Below are positions 54,209-63,600 of a DNA stretch of 64,000 nt, piece by piece. The notes under the pieces were generated by a model that saw only the letters and a program-made list of their open reading frames with translations, made no database searches and had not been told where the DNA came from. The stretch comes from a virus. Its lineage: Duplodnaviria > Caudoviricetes. The stretch covers positions 39,500 through 103,499 of IMG/VR virus record IMGVR_UViG_3300005535_000018. The stretch is one strand, 5' to 3'. Each line of letters begins with the position of its first letter. The stretch's first letter is position 1. A program made the translations under genes and the position numbers.

Positions 54209-56491
54209 ATGGCCCGCACCTTCGACGGAGCCAACGACAACGTCACCTTCTCGGCGGGCGCGTTGACCGGCCACACCTACGGCACGTTCGCGGTCATCAT
54301 GCGCAAAAACACCGCCGCCTACTCCGGGGTGATCGGCCTGTACACCTCGGGTGGCCTGGTCGTGGCGGCCCTGGAGATCCAGAACGTCGACCCGGCACCG
54401 ATGGAGTACGTGCGCACCGGCGGCGGCGCCACCCCCTCAGCGTTGACCATTGCCAACGCCGACGGCTGGATCCTGCTGGCCGCCGGCAAAGGTACCGGCA
54501 CCGCGACCCCCCGCGGCCACAAGTACGTCTACGGCACCAACACCTGGACCCACTCCGACTTCACCGGCACCCAGGCCGACACGTCCGGCACCGTCGGCAA
54601 GATGGTGCTCGGCGAGTTCGAAGGCATCGACGACTATGCCGGCGACATCGCCGTGGCCGGCATCTGGAAGAACCGCAACCTCACCGACGCCGAGGTCGAG
54701 CAGCTCGCCTTCTCGTTGGAGGGCTGGCATGCGCTGACCCCCACCGGCCTGTGGGTGCTGGACCAGACACTGACCACCCAGAACGTGCCGGACATGACCG
54801 GCGGCGGCGCCAACCAGTCCGGCGTCACCGGCACCTCGATCGCGACCACGTCGGTGCCGATCTTCGGCTACGGGGCCAGCCCCCTGTACCCGAAGGCCGC
54901 CACGACAGCCACCAACGCGACCGTGACCCCGGCCGCTGTGCTGGCCAGCACGACGTTCCCGGCCGCAACGAAGTCGGGCGGCGCCACCGCGACGCCGATC
55001 GCGGTGCTGGGCAGTACGACGTTCCCGGCCGCGGTCAAGTCAGGCGGGGCCACCGCAACGCCGATCGCGGTTCAGGCGACCACGACGTTCCCGGCGGCAA
55101 CGAAGTCGGGCGGCGCCACCGCGACGCCGGCCGCCGTGTTGGGCACGACCACGTTCCCGGCCGCGGTCAAGTCTGGCGGCGCCACGGCCACCCCGGCCGC
55201 TGTGCTGGCCACGACCGCTGTGCCGGGCCCGGCCCTGGCGACTGGCGAGACGGTGACCCCGGCCGCGGTGACGGCGAACACCTCCATTCCGGCCGTGGCG
55301 GTGACCGCGGTCACGACCGTGTCGCCGGCCGCAGTGCAGGCCACCACGACCGTCCCCGCTCCGGCGGTGGCGACTGGAGAGACGGCCGCCCCAGCTTCCG
55401 TGACGGCGACCACGACGCTGCCCGCTGTGTCGCTGTCCACCGGCGCCGGGGTGGCGCCCGGCTCGATCTCGGCGACGACCAGCCTGCCGGCCCCTGCCCT
55501 GGCCACTGGGGCGACCGTCGCCCCGGCCGCAATCGCCGCCGCCGCAACCCTTCCCGCCCCGACCGTCCAAACCGGACAGACCGTGGCGGCGGCCGCGGTG
55601 CACGCCACCACGACCATGCCGGCGCCGGCCCTGGCCGCCGGTGCGGCCGTCGGGCCCGCTCCGATTGCCTCCTCCGTGACCATGCCCGCCCCTGGCGTAT
55701 CGGTGGGGGCCACGGTTGCTGTTGCGGCAGTCGACGCTACAGCTGACATTCCGACCCCCTCCGTGTCGGCCGGCGGGAACGTCGACATCGGCGCCACCAC
55801 GGTCGAGGCAACCACGACGATGCCCGCCCCGGCCCTGTCAACGTCGACGACCGCCGCCCCCGCCACCGTGCACGCCGCCACGACCGTGGCGACGCCGTCA
55901 CCGTCGGGCGGGGCCGGTGTGAGCCCGGCCACGGTGCAGGCCGCGGCGAGCCTGCCCGGCCCGGCCCTGTCGGCCGGTACCGCCGCCACCCCCGCCCCGG
56001 TCGACGCCACCACGACGATCGGCGCCGTCGCCCTGTCGACGGGTGAGACCGTCACACCGGCCCCGGTCGCCGCGACCAGCTCGATGCCGGGCCCGGCCCT
56101 GGCCGCGGGTCAAACCATCACCGTCGTCGCGATCGGCGCCACCGCGTCGATGCCGCCGCCGGCAATAGGCGCCGGGGCTGGCCCCGCCCCGGCGACCGTG
56201 GCCGCGGCCGCGGCCCTGCCGGCCGTCACCCCCTCGGGTGGGGCCACGGCGACCCCGGCCGCGGTGCTGGTGTTCGCGTACATACTCGCCCCGACCGTGA
56301 TCGTGCCGGCGGTGCTCATCCCGGCCATGACCGGCACCGCCACCGTGCGAGACCTCGCCGGCACCGCCACCGTGCGGGGCCTGGCCGGGGCGGCCGCAGT
56401 GCGGGTGTTGGCGGGGGCGGCCGCGGTGCGGCCGTTGGCCGGCGCCGCGGCCACGACCAACGACCTGTCCGGCACCGCCCGCATCACCTAG
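54209..56491 (+). CDS. Fibre-like protein: LamG/ConA-like head plus Ala/Thr/Pro repeats
   Basis: FDGAND; GDIAVAGIW..RNLT.AEV; 22-aa repeats. Confidence 0.75.
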   Translation: MARTFDGANDNVTFSAGALTGHTYGTFAVIMRKNTAAYSGVIGLYTSGGLVVAALEIQNVDPAPMEYVRTGGGATPSALTIANADGWILLAAGKGTGTATPRGHKYVYGTNTWTHSDFTGTQADTSGTVGKMVLGEFEGIDDYAGDIAVAGIWKNRNLTDAEVEQLAFSLEGWHALTPTGLWVLDQTLTTQNVPDMTGGGANQSGVTGTSIATTSVPIFGYGASPLYPKAATTATNATVTPAAVLASTTFPAATKSGGATATPIAVLGSTTFPAAVKSGGATATPIAVQATTTFPAATKSGGATATPAAVLGTTTFPAAVKSGGATATPAAVLATTAVPGPALATGETVTPAAVTANTSIPAVAVTAVTTVSPAAVQATTTVPAPAVATGETAAPASVTATTTLPAVSLSTGAGVAPGSISATTSLPAPALATGATVAPAAIAAAATLPAPTVQTGQTVAAAAVHATTTMPAPALAAGAAVGPAPIASSVTMPAPGVSVGATVAVAAVDATADIPTPSVSAGGNVDIGATTVEATTTMPAPALSTSTTAAPATVHAATTVATPSPSGGAGVSPATVQAAASLPGPALSAGTAATPAPVDATTTIGAVALSTGETVTPAPVAATSSMPGPALAAGQTITVVAIGATASMPPPAIGAGAGPAPATVAAAAALPAVTPSGGATATPAAVLVFAYILAPTVIVPAVLIPAMTGTATVRDLAGTATVRGLAGAAAVRVLAGAAAVRPLAGAAATTNDLSGTARIT
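54913..56305 (+). repeat. About 21 tandem 66-bp (22-aa) coding repeats
   Basis: GGATATP.AV..TT.FPAA.KS-type units. Confidence 0.85.
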
Positions 56492-56507
56492 CAAAGAGGG
56501 GTTCGAG

Positions 56508-56852
56508 ATGGCCACCAAGGTCGACCTGACCTTCGTCGAGGGCTCCGCCGAGACGGTTGCGTTCACGATCGTCCCCACCGACGCCGACGACGACCTGACT
56601 GCGGTCGCGTCGCTGCGGTTCACCCTCAAGGCCGACGGCTGCATCGACGACGACGACGCCGAGCTGACTTTCACCACCGCCGACCCGACCCAAATGCAGA
56701 TCCTCACCCAGACTGCCGCCCAGATCACCGGCGAGGTGTATGTGCCGCCGCTGGACGAGGCGTACCGGCGGCTCTATCACATCGACGCGGTCAGCAGCAC
56801 CGGCACACCTCGAACGGCCCTGTACGGACGGGTCACCGTCATCAACCTGTAG
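56508..56852 (+). CDS. Ig/BppU-like structural protein
   Basis: Beta-rich; DLT...FTLK; Y.ID...GRVTV. Confidence 0.6.
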   Translation: MATKVDLTFVEGSAETVAFTIVPTDADDDLTAVASLRFTLKADGCIDDDDAELTFTTADPTQMQILTQTAAQITGEVYVPPLDEAYRRLYHIDAVSSTGTPRTALYGRVTVINL

Positions 56853-56861
56853 GAGGATTTC

Positions 56862-57662
56862 ATGGGCGCTCCGTGCGGGTGGACCGTCGAACGGTGCGGG
56901 TGCGGCAGCTGCTGGACGGACTACAGCCCTGCCGTGCGCGAGGCGGCCGCCGCGCTCGCATCCACCGTGATGTGGGCCGCCACCGGCCGCCGCTACGGCC
57001 TGTGCGAGATCACCGTCCTGCCCTGCAACCAGCCGCCGGCCGCGCCGCTGTATGAGACGTTCCCGGTCGGGTCGTTCTACGACCCTCTCGGCCGCGGCAG
57101 CGTACCGGTGCCGGTGCTCGACGGCGGGCAGTGGCGCAACCTGTCCTGCGGCGGCGCCTGCAACTGCAAAGCGCCCTGCGAGGTCGCCCTGGACGGGCCG
57201 GTCGCCGACGTCGTCGAAGTGCTCATCGACGGTGAGCCGGTTTCGCCTTCCACGTACGAGGTCCACGACCGGCATCTGCTGGTGCGTCTCGGCGGCGAAT
57301 GTTGGCCGACCTGCGGCACCTACGGCCTGGAGATCCCCGGCTTCGAGGTCACCTACCACCGCGGCGACCCGATACCCGACTTCATCAACGCCGCCACCGG
57401 GCCGCTCGCCTGCGAGTACGCGAAGGCCTGCGCCGGCAAGCCGTGCGGCCTGCCCTCCCGGATGACGCGGCTGACCCGCCAGGGCGTCGAGGTGCAGGTG
57501 GCCGACATCCCCAGGGACGGCAAGGGCCGCATCAGGACCGGGCTGCGCCTGGTCGACGACGCGATCGACGCCGACAACCCGTACGGGCGGGTCGAGCGGG
57601 CCACGGTGCTCACACCTGACCTGCCGACGCCGCGGGTGGTGACCTGGCGCGGCGGGTCGTGA
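56862..57662 (+). CDS. Head-to-tail adaptor
   Basis: MWAATGRRYGLC.ITV.PC; LACEYAK; RQGV; TGL..VD. Confidence 0.78.
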   Translation: MGAPCGWTVERCGCGSCWTDYSPAVREAAAALASTVMWAATGRRYGLCEITVLPCNQPPAAPLYETFPVGSFYDPLGRGSVPVPVLDGGQWRNLSCGGACNCKAPCEVALDGPVADVVEVLIDGEPVSPSTYEVHDRHLLVRLGGECWPTCGTYGLEIPGFEVTYHRGDPIPDFINAATGPLACEYAKACAGKPCGLPSRMTRLTRQGVEVQVADIPRDGKGRIRTGLRLVDDAIDADNPYGRVERATVLTPDLPTPRVVTWRGGS

Positions 57663-57670
57663 CGTGAAGC

Positions 57671-57847
57671 GGCCCCACCCGGCCAAAGCGTGTCCAGAGG
57701 CCGGGGTGGGGCCACAGTGGTGTGGCCCCGTCCCCGGGCTACCCCCGAAGGCGGGGCCACGTCTGACGGTCCCACCCCCCGGGGCGCCGTAGCTGATCAC
57801 CGACGCCAGAGCCTGCCTGACGGGTCGGCGCCCCGGGGCGTGGGGCC
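57671..57847. repeat. Three tandem GC-rich hairpins with related GGCCCC(A/G) stems
   Basis: 57671-57713, 57722-57760, 57768-57847. Confidence 0.65.
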
Positions 57848-57939
57848 AGCGACGAGGATATGTCATCACGTCGAGATGACGCACCCTCGCGCGCCCGAAC
57901 CGCACCGACTGTCCGGTGCGGCGGCCGACGATCACAGCT

Positions 57940-58464
57940 ATGCCGATCACCGACCCGGGCGTGCTTCCCGTGGCGACGTCGTTGCTGGCCTGCCTGCAAA
58001 CCGCCCTCGCCAACGTGGCCGACCCGCCCGAGCATGTGTCGCTGCGGGTCGGTACGCAGATCGAACTGCTGCTGTCCGAGACCCGCGACGAGTGCTGCGA
58101 AGGGGTCGGCTGGGTACGGGTCGTGTCGATCTACCCGTCGGCGAACTTCCCCGAGCCCGACCTCACCTACGGCCGGTGCTGGCCAATCCAGTGGGCCGCG
58201 ATTCTGGAGATGGGCGTGGCCCGCTGCGCCCCCACGCCCGAGGCCGCCGACGTGCCGTCCAGCGACGAGTGGAACGCGATCGGGGAGGCGGTGCTCGACG
58301 ACGCGGCGGCGATGCGGCGGGCGTTGTGTTGCTTCGCCGACCTGGAGGCCGACCGGATGTACCTGGCTGGGTTGTGGCAGCCGCTGCCGATCGACGGGGG
58401 CTGCCTGGGCGGCTACATGCAGGTCACCGTCGCGATCGACGCCTGCGATTGCGAGGGCGACTAG
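57940..58464 (+). CDS. Tail terminator/completion-like protein
   Basis: ECCEG.GWVRV; EMGVARC; GGC.GG. Confidence 0.7.
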   Translation: MPITDPGVLPVATSLLACLQTALANVADPPEHVSLRVGTQIELLLSETRDECCEGVGWVRVVSIYPSANFPEPDLTYGRCWPIQWAAILEMGVARCAPTPEAADVPSSDEWNAIGEAVLDDAAAMRRALCCFADLEADRMYLAGLWQPLPIDGGCLGGYMQVTVAIDACDCEGD

Positions 58465-58522
58465 GCCGGCGGTACGGTCGACGGCAGTGTTCCCGTCGGC
58501 ATCAGCCCCGGACGGACACAAC

Positions 58523-58554
58523 CTCGGGCCCCCGCTTCACCTAGGGGGCCCGAG
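58523..58554. terminator. Hairpin
   Basis: CTCGGGCCCCC...GGGGGCCCGAG. Confidence 0.45.
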
Positions 58555-58568
58555 CCGTTTGACGGGGC

Positions 58569-58997
58569 GTGGATGATCTGAACCCGTTCGACGTCGACGC
58601 GGTCGTGGCGTGCGCGAACCTGGCCGAGCGGGCCGGCGCCTCGAGCTTCGAATGCGGCTACGACCCTGACCGGGACGCCGACAGCCGCTGGTATGCGACA
58701 GCCGAGTACAGCCGCGGCGGCCACCAGCTCGCCGTCGACGGCCACCCCAGCCCGGAGGCGGCGGCCATGGCCCTCGCCGGGCGCATCCTGACCGGAGCCA
58801 AGTGCAGGTGCGGCGGGCTGGTGGCCCTGTCGGTCGACGGGGCGTGGGCGCCCCCCGACTCGGCCACCATGTACGACGGGTCTGACCCGCGGGTCTTGCG
58901 CGACGCGCCGCAGTGCTTATGGATTCTCGACGGGCAACGGTGGGAGCCCGGCTGCGACGCCCCCGCCCTCGCGATCAAGCCGATCTCGGCCGGGTGA
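58569..58997 (+). CDS. Hypothetical protein inserted in the neck module
   Basis: GC3-rich ORF. Confidence 0.6.
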   Translation: MDDLNPFDVDAVVACANLAERAGASSFECGYDPDRDADSRWYATAEYSRGGHQLAVDGHPSPEAAAMALAGRILTGAKCRCGGLVALSVDGAWAPPDSATMYDGSDPRVLRDAPQCLWILDGQRWEPGCDAPALAIKPISAG

Positions 58998-59049
58998 ACC
59001 GAGGCCGAACCCGGGCCGGGCCCACCCGGGCCGGGCCGACACTCGGGCC

Positions 59050-59466
59050 GTGCCGATCGCGTTCAGCCTGACCGTCAACGAGTCGGCCGCCCGGGCCGTC
59101 GCGCTCGACGCGGCCGGGTTGCTCGTGGTCGACGTGACCCGCCGGGTACTCAACCGGGCGATCGTGTTGACCCCGGTCGACACCGGCACTCTGCGAGCGG
59201 CGAACAACTCACGGATTCTGCGAACCCCCCACTCGGTGACCGGTGAGATCTTCAACGACACGGCCTACGCGGCCGCGGTCCACAACGGCAACCGGGCCTA
59301 CACGGTTCGGCCCAGGACGGCGAAGGCCCTGCGGTGGACGACCGCGGGCGGTGACGTCGTGTTCGCGAAGTCGGCCCGGCACAAGGCCCGCCGCGGGCGG
59401 CCCTGGCTGTACCGGGCCCTCGTCGAGGTCGCCGGCCCGGCCGGCTTCTCCATCGCCAAGCCCTAA
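59050..59466 (+). CDS. HK97 gp10-like neck protein
   Basis: PVDTGTLR; YAAAVHNG; KALRW; RPWL.RAL. Confidence 0.85.
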   Translation: MPIAFSLTVNESAARAVALDAAGLLVVDVTRRVLNRAIVLTPVDTGTLRAANNSRILRTPHSVTGEIFNDTAYAAAVHNGNRAYTVRPRTAKALRWTTAGGDVVFAKSARHKARRGRPWLYRALVEVAGPAGFSIAKP

Positions 59467-59536
59467 GCCCCCCGCCCCCAACGGGAATTGGTCATACAGG
59501 GCGAATAGGTGCAGGTCAGCCCTTACTGTGTCGTTC

Positions 59537-60289
59537 ATGGCGAATGACACGGTGGTGAAGAAGGCCCCAGCGAAGAAGGCCGCGCCGACGAGGGCCCCCG
59601 CCAAGAAAGCCGCTCCAGCGAAGAAGGCCACGCCGGCCAAGAAGGCCACCCCCGCCAAGAAAGCCGCGGCGCCGCCGGAAGGCCCGCCGCCCGGCTGGTA
59701 CTCGAGCGCCGGCTACCCCGACCGGGAACGCTACTGGGACGGCGCCGGCTGGGACCTGTCGCGCGGCTCGCGCCCCGTCGGTGGCGGCCCGGCAGAACAG
59801 GACGCCGCCCCCACCCAGCAGGCCGCGGAAGGTGAAGGCTCCGGGGACGGTGGAGGGGCCGACCCGGGCACGATCACCTTCCGCGGCCGGGTGATGAAGG
59901 TGAGCCGACCCTCCGACAGCCAGCTGGCCCTGTGGAAGCGGCTGGCCGACCGGGCCCAAAACCTCGCCCGCACCGCCGACATCCCGAAGCCCTGCACCGA
60001 CTGCAAAGGCAAGGGTGAGGGCTGCGACGCGTGCGCCGGCTCCGGCGACGGCAACACGCAGGCGGTGCTACGTCTCTACAACCAGGCCATGACGGTGATC
60101 GGGTCGGTGCTCGTCGACGAGCGTGACAAGAACTGGGTGGAAGACGAGATGCTCACCGGCACGCTCGAGCTGAACGCCGCGGCCGAGATCGTGCGCCTGT
60201 GTGTCGACAACCTCATCGCCAGCAACCGAGGCAACCAGGCCCCCCGCAACGGCCCGGCCGGCGGCGGCAAGGCTCGCCGCCGCAAGTGA
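59537..60289 (+). CDS. Putative tail assembly chaperone with PAKK repeats, a DUF2510-like motif and a Zn ribbon
   Basis: Position; PAKKA repeats; PGWY..ERYWDG.GW; CxxCxGxG. Confidence 0.6.
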   Translation: MANDTVVKKAPAKKAAPTRAPAKKAAPAKKATPAKKATPAKKAAAPPEGPPPGWYSSAGYPDRERYWDGAGWDLSRGSRPVGGGPAEQDAAPTQQAAEGEGSGDGGGADPGTITFRGRVMKVSRPSDSQLALWKRLADRAQNLARTADIPKPCTDCKGKGEGCDACAGSGDGNTQAVLRLYNQAMTVIGSVLVDERDKNWVEDEMLTGTLELNAAAEIVRLCVDNLIASNRGNQAPRNGPAGGGKARRRK

Positions 60290-60297
60290 CGTAGCCC

Positions 60298-60843
60298 GTG
60301 GCGACGACGCTGCTCGACCCGGTCGCCGCGCTGCGGTGCTGGCGCATCGACGTCGACGTGGCCGGCGAGGTCTACACCATTCCGCCGACGCCGGCCGTGG
60401 ATTGGCTGGTCGCGATCGTGGAAGGGTCGTGGGCTGACATCGTGCCGGGCCTGCTGCCGCCCGACGACATTGGGCCTCTCGACGACCTGATCGCGGCCGG
60501 CACGATCGACGAGGCGGAGCTTCGCTCGGCCGCCCAGGCCGCCCTCGCCGAGGCGGCCGGCACCAGGTGGTGGACGGCGCGGGCCCTCGCCGGGGGCGTG
60601 CTGCAGGTACCGCAGTTGACGGGGCGGCTGCTGACCCGGGGCGTGGACCCGGGGGTGGTGTCGCTCGGGGCGTTCCTGACCGCCGCGTACGGTCTGGCCA
60701 TCGACGGCATGGACCAGACGCAGCGGGTGAAGTTCGACCTGGACCTGCAACGCCCCCCGGCCGGCGTGCCGGTCGACGAGTGGTGGGACGACGACGCGGC
60801 CGCCGACAACTTCTACGCCGCCATGGGCGCCGCGGGCCGCTAG
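60298..60843 (+). CDS. Putative second tail assembly chaperone
   Basis: Position; YTIP..PA.DWL; WW.A..L; KFD.DL..PP. Confidence 0.6.
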   Translation: MATTLLDPVAALRCWRIDVDVAGEVYTIPPTPAVDWLVAIVEGSWADIVPGLLPPDDIGPLDDLIAAGTIDEAELRSAAQAALAEAAGTRWWTARALAGGVLQVPQLTGRLLTRGVDPGVVSLGAFLTAAYGLAIDGMDQTQRVKFDLDLQRPPAGVPVDEWWDDDAAADNFYAAMGAAGR

Positions 60844-61340
60844 GTGCGCGGCGGGGCGACCTGCGCCAGCGTCGCCGGGTCGGTCATGACCCGGACGCCG
60901 GACATCGTGATCGGGTGAAGCCGCCCGGCCGGCGCTGCCGTGTCGGCGGCGAGGCCGGTGCCGACGAAGCGGTCAACGTCCACGACGGCGATCACGAACG
61001 TGACAGTGAGCCCGGCCACGGGAATGATCCACACACCTTCGATGTCGCCCGGGCCGGCGGTGCGAGGCGACCACACGCCCATACCGGGGTCGGTCGTCGC
61101 GACCCCCCCGTCGGACCCGAACGTCACCACGGTCGAACCGCTGTCGGCGTTGACGGTCAGCCGCCACGCTCCGACGATGCTTGACGCGGCCAGGCCCGGC
61201 GGCCGCACCGGTGTCGCCGCCCGAGGCGGCGGGGCTGTCGCGGCGGTCGGCGGCCGGGTGCACCCTGCCAGCCCCACAACTGACGCGACGACGAGTGCGG
61301 CCGCCCCGAGCCGCCTGACCGATGTGCCCACAGTGGACAT
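60840..61340 (-). CDS. Lipoprotein
   Basis: Signal peptide with LAGC lipobox; Pro-rich linker; beta-barrel-like body. Confidence 0.7.
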   Translation of the reverse strand: MSTVGTSVRRLGAAALVVASVVGLAGCTRPPTAATAPPPRAATPVRPPGLAASSIVGAWRLTVNADSGSTVVTFGSDGGVATTDPGMGVWSPRTAGPGDIEGVWIIPVAGLTVTFVIAVVDVDRFVGTGLAADTAAPAGRLHPITMSGVRVMTDPATLAQVAPPRT

Positions 61341-61348
61341 CGTGCCGG

Positions 61349-61819
61349 TTAGTTGGCCACGAAGACGAGGTGGCGGTGCGTGTCGGGCCAGTCGGTGCAG
61401 CGGCAGGCGGGGTGGCGCTCGTCGACGGCCCAGCCGCCGCTCGTGCCGGACGGGCAGGCCCGGGCCCGCTCCAGGGCGGCAGCATCGCCGAGCGAGGTGC
61501 AGGCGATCGCCCACAGCAAGCCAGCCGGGCGCATCTCGAACTCGTCGGTGCGGTGGCCAGGGCTGTTCCGGGCGAGCAGCTCCAGCATCAGCCGGCTACC
61601 CAGTCCGGGCCCGATCGTGGTCGGCAGATCCGGCATGCTGTCCAGGTACTCCTGATAGCTCGGCTCAATCGGCACCTCCGCCCCGATCAGCCACGCCAGC
61701 CACTGCCGGGCGGCGAAGGCCTCGCCCGGGCCGATGCGGTGGTTGCGGCCGAGCACCTCGCCGTCGCGGCTCGCCAACCAACACCGCTCCTCGTCGTCGT
61801 AGATCACGTCATGTGCCAT
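61349..61819 (-). CDS. Hypothetical protein
   Basis: Protein-like composition; divergent promoter region. Confidence 0.65.
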   Translation of the reverse strand: MAHDVIYDDEERCWLASRDGEVLGRNHRIGPGEAFAARQWLAWLIGAEVPIEPSYQEYLDSMPDLPTTIGPGLGSRLMLELLARNSPGHRTDEFEMRPAGLLWAIACTSLGDAAALERARACPSGTSGGWAVDERHPACRCTDWPDTHRHLVFVAN

Positions 61820-61825
61820 GCCGAC

Positions 61826-61882
61826 ACCCTACCCGCGACACCCCCTCATAAGGTTTATTATGGAGGTGTGTCATGGTAGGGT
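61826..61882. promoter_or_regulatory. Palindromic divergent promoter/operator (or dif-like site)
   Basis: ACCCTACC..GACAC..CATAA-GGTTTA-TTATG..GTGTC..GGTAGGGT. Confidence 0.65.
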
Positions 61883-61883
61883 A

Positions 61884-62153
61884 ATGACCATGATCGACAC
61901 CCCCGCCACACTCGCCATCGCCCCGTGCTACGCCTGCGGCAACTCGTTCGCCTTCGACCCCGACACGGTGCCGGCAATCCCCATCGACCTGAACACCAAC
62001 CTGCCCTCCGACCTCGTCGGCGCCGACCCGGCCAACGCGGTCAACCGGCCGCTGTGCGACCCGTGCCTGGCGAAGATCAACCCGGTCCGGATCCGCAACG
62101 GCCGGCCGCCCTTCACCCACGGCCGGCGCCTGGAGGCGGGCCATGCTGGCTGA
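61884..62153 (+). CDS. Small zinc-finger protein
   Basis: CYACG..F.FDP; PLCDPC. Confidence 0.7.
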   Translation: MTMIDTPATLAIAPCYACGNSFAFDPDTVPAIPIDLNTNLPSDLVGADPANAVNRPLCDPCLAKINPVRIRNGRPPFTHGRRLEAGHAG

Positions 62154-62261
62154 GATCGGGCTGCGGTTCCTGGCCGTCGCCGGCCTGTGGGCGCTGCTCA
62201 TGGTCACCGTCGGCCCGCTGCTGCTGCGCGCCGGCCGGCCCCGGTCTGGCAGGCGGTGGCG

Positions 62262-62705
62262 ATGACCGAGCCCCGCACGATCGCCAACACTGACCAGCCG
62301 ATGCAGCACCCCTGGCCGGCCGACTGCTACGTGCAGGGCGGCGGCCGCGGTGTCGTCTTCGTCGACGGGGGGCGCAGCTACCGGACGGCGTTCGTTGAGG
62401 CCTTCCCCGGCACGTTCCTGCGCGGCGAGGGCGCCACCCTCGCCGACGCTGAGGACGCCTGCTGGGCTCAGTACGAGAGGATGCAGGCGTGCCCGGCCGC
62501 CCCCGACCACGGCCCGTTCGAGGCGAGGGGCTACACCAACGGGGCCGGTTTCTGCACCCAGTGCGGCGGCTGGTTCGCCAGGGTGCTGCCGCCGCAGCCC
62601 GAGCCGGGCGACGTGCGGCCCAACTCCCTGCTGCACCGTGCGTTCAGCGGCGACGTCGGCGCCGCCGTTGAGGCCGTCGGCACCTACCTCGAGGCGCAGC
62701 AGTGA
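62262..62705 (+). CDS. Phage hypothetical protein
   Basis: TAFVEAFP.TFLRGEG; GFCTQC. Confidence 0.7.
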   Translation: MTEPRTIANTDQPMQHPWPADCYVQGGGRGVVFVDGGRSYRTAFVEAFPGTFLRGEGATLADAEDACWAQYERMQACPAAPDHGPFEARGYTNGAGFCTQCGGWFARVLPPQPEPGDVRPNSLLHRAFSGDVGAAVEAVGTYLEAQQ

Positions 62706-63022
62706 AGCCGCCGACCGGGGCGTGGACGGTGCGTACGTGGTGGCTCGGGATACCGGGCGAGCCAGTCGACGACGAAGTTCACCCCGTCACCGAGCGGCCC
62801 CACGAGACGTGGGAGCCGGCCCGCAAACAGGCCCTGAATCTGTGCTGCTGCCGCGGCTCGGTCGCCGTGGTCGTGTACGACCCGGACGGCGACGTGTTCG
62901 CCCATTGGGACCGGTTCTCGAACATCGCCCACCACATGTGGGGCTCCCCGGACGACGAGGCCCGGGCCGCCCTCACCCAGGCCGCGTGGGACGAGGAACG
63001 GAAGGACCGGGCCAGTGTCTGA
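62702..63022 (+). CDS. Hypothetical protein
   Basis: Coupled. Confidence 0.6.
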   Translation: MKPPTGAWTVRTWWLGIPGEPVDDEVHPVTERPHETWEPARKQALNLCCCRGSVAVVVYDPDGDVFAHWDRFSNIAHHMWGSPDDEARAALTQAAWDEERKDRASV

Positions 63023-63296
63023 CATCCAGGACGGGCTATGCCGGCGGGTGGTCGACCTGCTACACCGCCTCGACGCCGACCTGGACCGGTCAGGCCAGCC
63101 GGCGTTGACCGCGACGCTGGCGCGGGAGGGACTGCGCGGCGAGGTTGACGGACTGCGCTACGCCCTGTGTCTGACGCTCGGCATCGACCCGGTAGCCGAC
63201 CCTTGGGCCGCCGAGAAGGAAGGCCCGGCCGACGACTACGTCCGGGCATGGCACAACGAACACTGCCAGCGCGACGACTGTGAGGGCCCATGGTGA
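63015..63296 (+). CDS. Hypothetical protein
   Basis: Coupled. Confidence 0.6.
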   Translation: MSDIQDGLCRRVVDLLHRLDADLDRSGQPALTATLAREGLRGEVDGLRYALCLTLGIDPVADPWAAEKEGPADDYVRAWHNEHCQRDDCEGPW

Positions 63297-63592
63297 GCGA
63301 CGAAACCGCAAACCTGGACGTGGAGGTGTTCTCCGACCGTGGCGCCCAGCGGCTGCTGTCGCTGCGGGGGCTGACCCACGCGCCAGCGGTCGGGGACACC
63401 ATGTCGATCGGGGACCGGCACTACCAGGTCCGCCGCCGCCACTGGTGCGTCGGCGACAGTTTCGGCGCCGGGGGCCCATACAAGCCGAGCGTGGGCACGG
63501 TCGAGATCTACGTGCGGGCGGTGCGCTTCGACGGCCCGTACGGCCGTCGGGTCGGGCGGCCGCCAGTGTCTGAGACTGACGAGAGGGGCTGA
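63290..63592 (+). CDS. Hypothetical protein
   Basis: Coupled. Confidence 0.6.
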   Translation: MVSDETANLDVEVFSDRGAQRLLSLRGLTHAPAVGDTMSIGDRHYQVRRRHWCVGDSFGAGGPYKPSVGTVEIYVRAVRFDGPYGRRVGRPPVSETDERG

Positions 63593-63600
63593 CCACACAG

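Noticed and set aside
55658-55750. Another A/T3-enriched patch in the fibre gene
   Set aside because: Weaker (about 12 of 32 codons) and in a variable repeat rather than a conserved motif, so not counted with the four islands.
60270-60310. Programmed frameshift between tail chaperone genes
   Set aside because: No slippery heptamer recognised; the second ORF has its own start.
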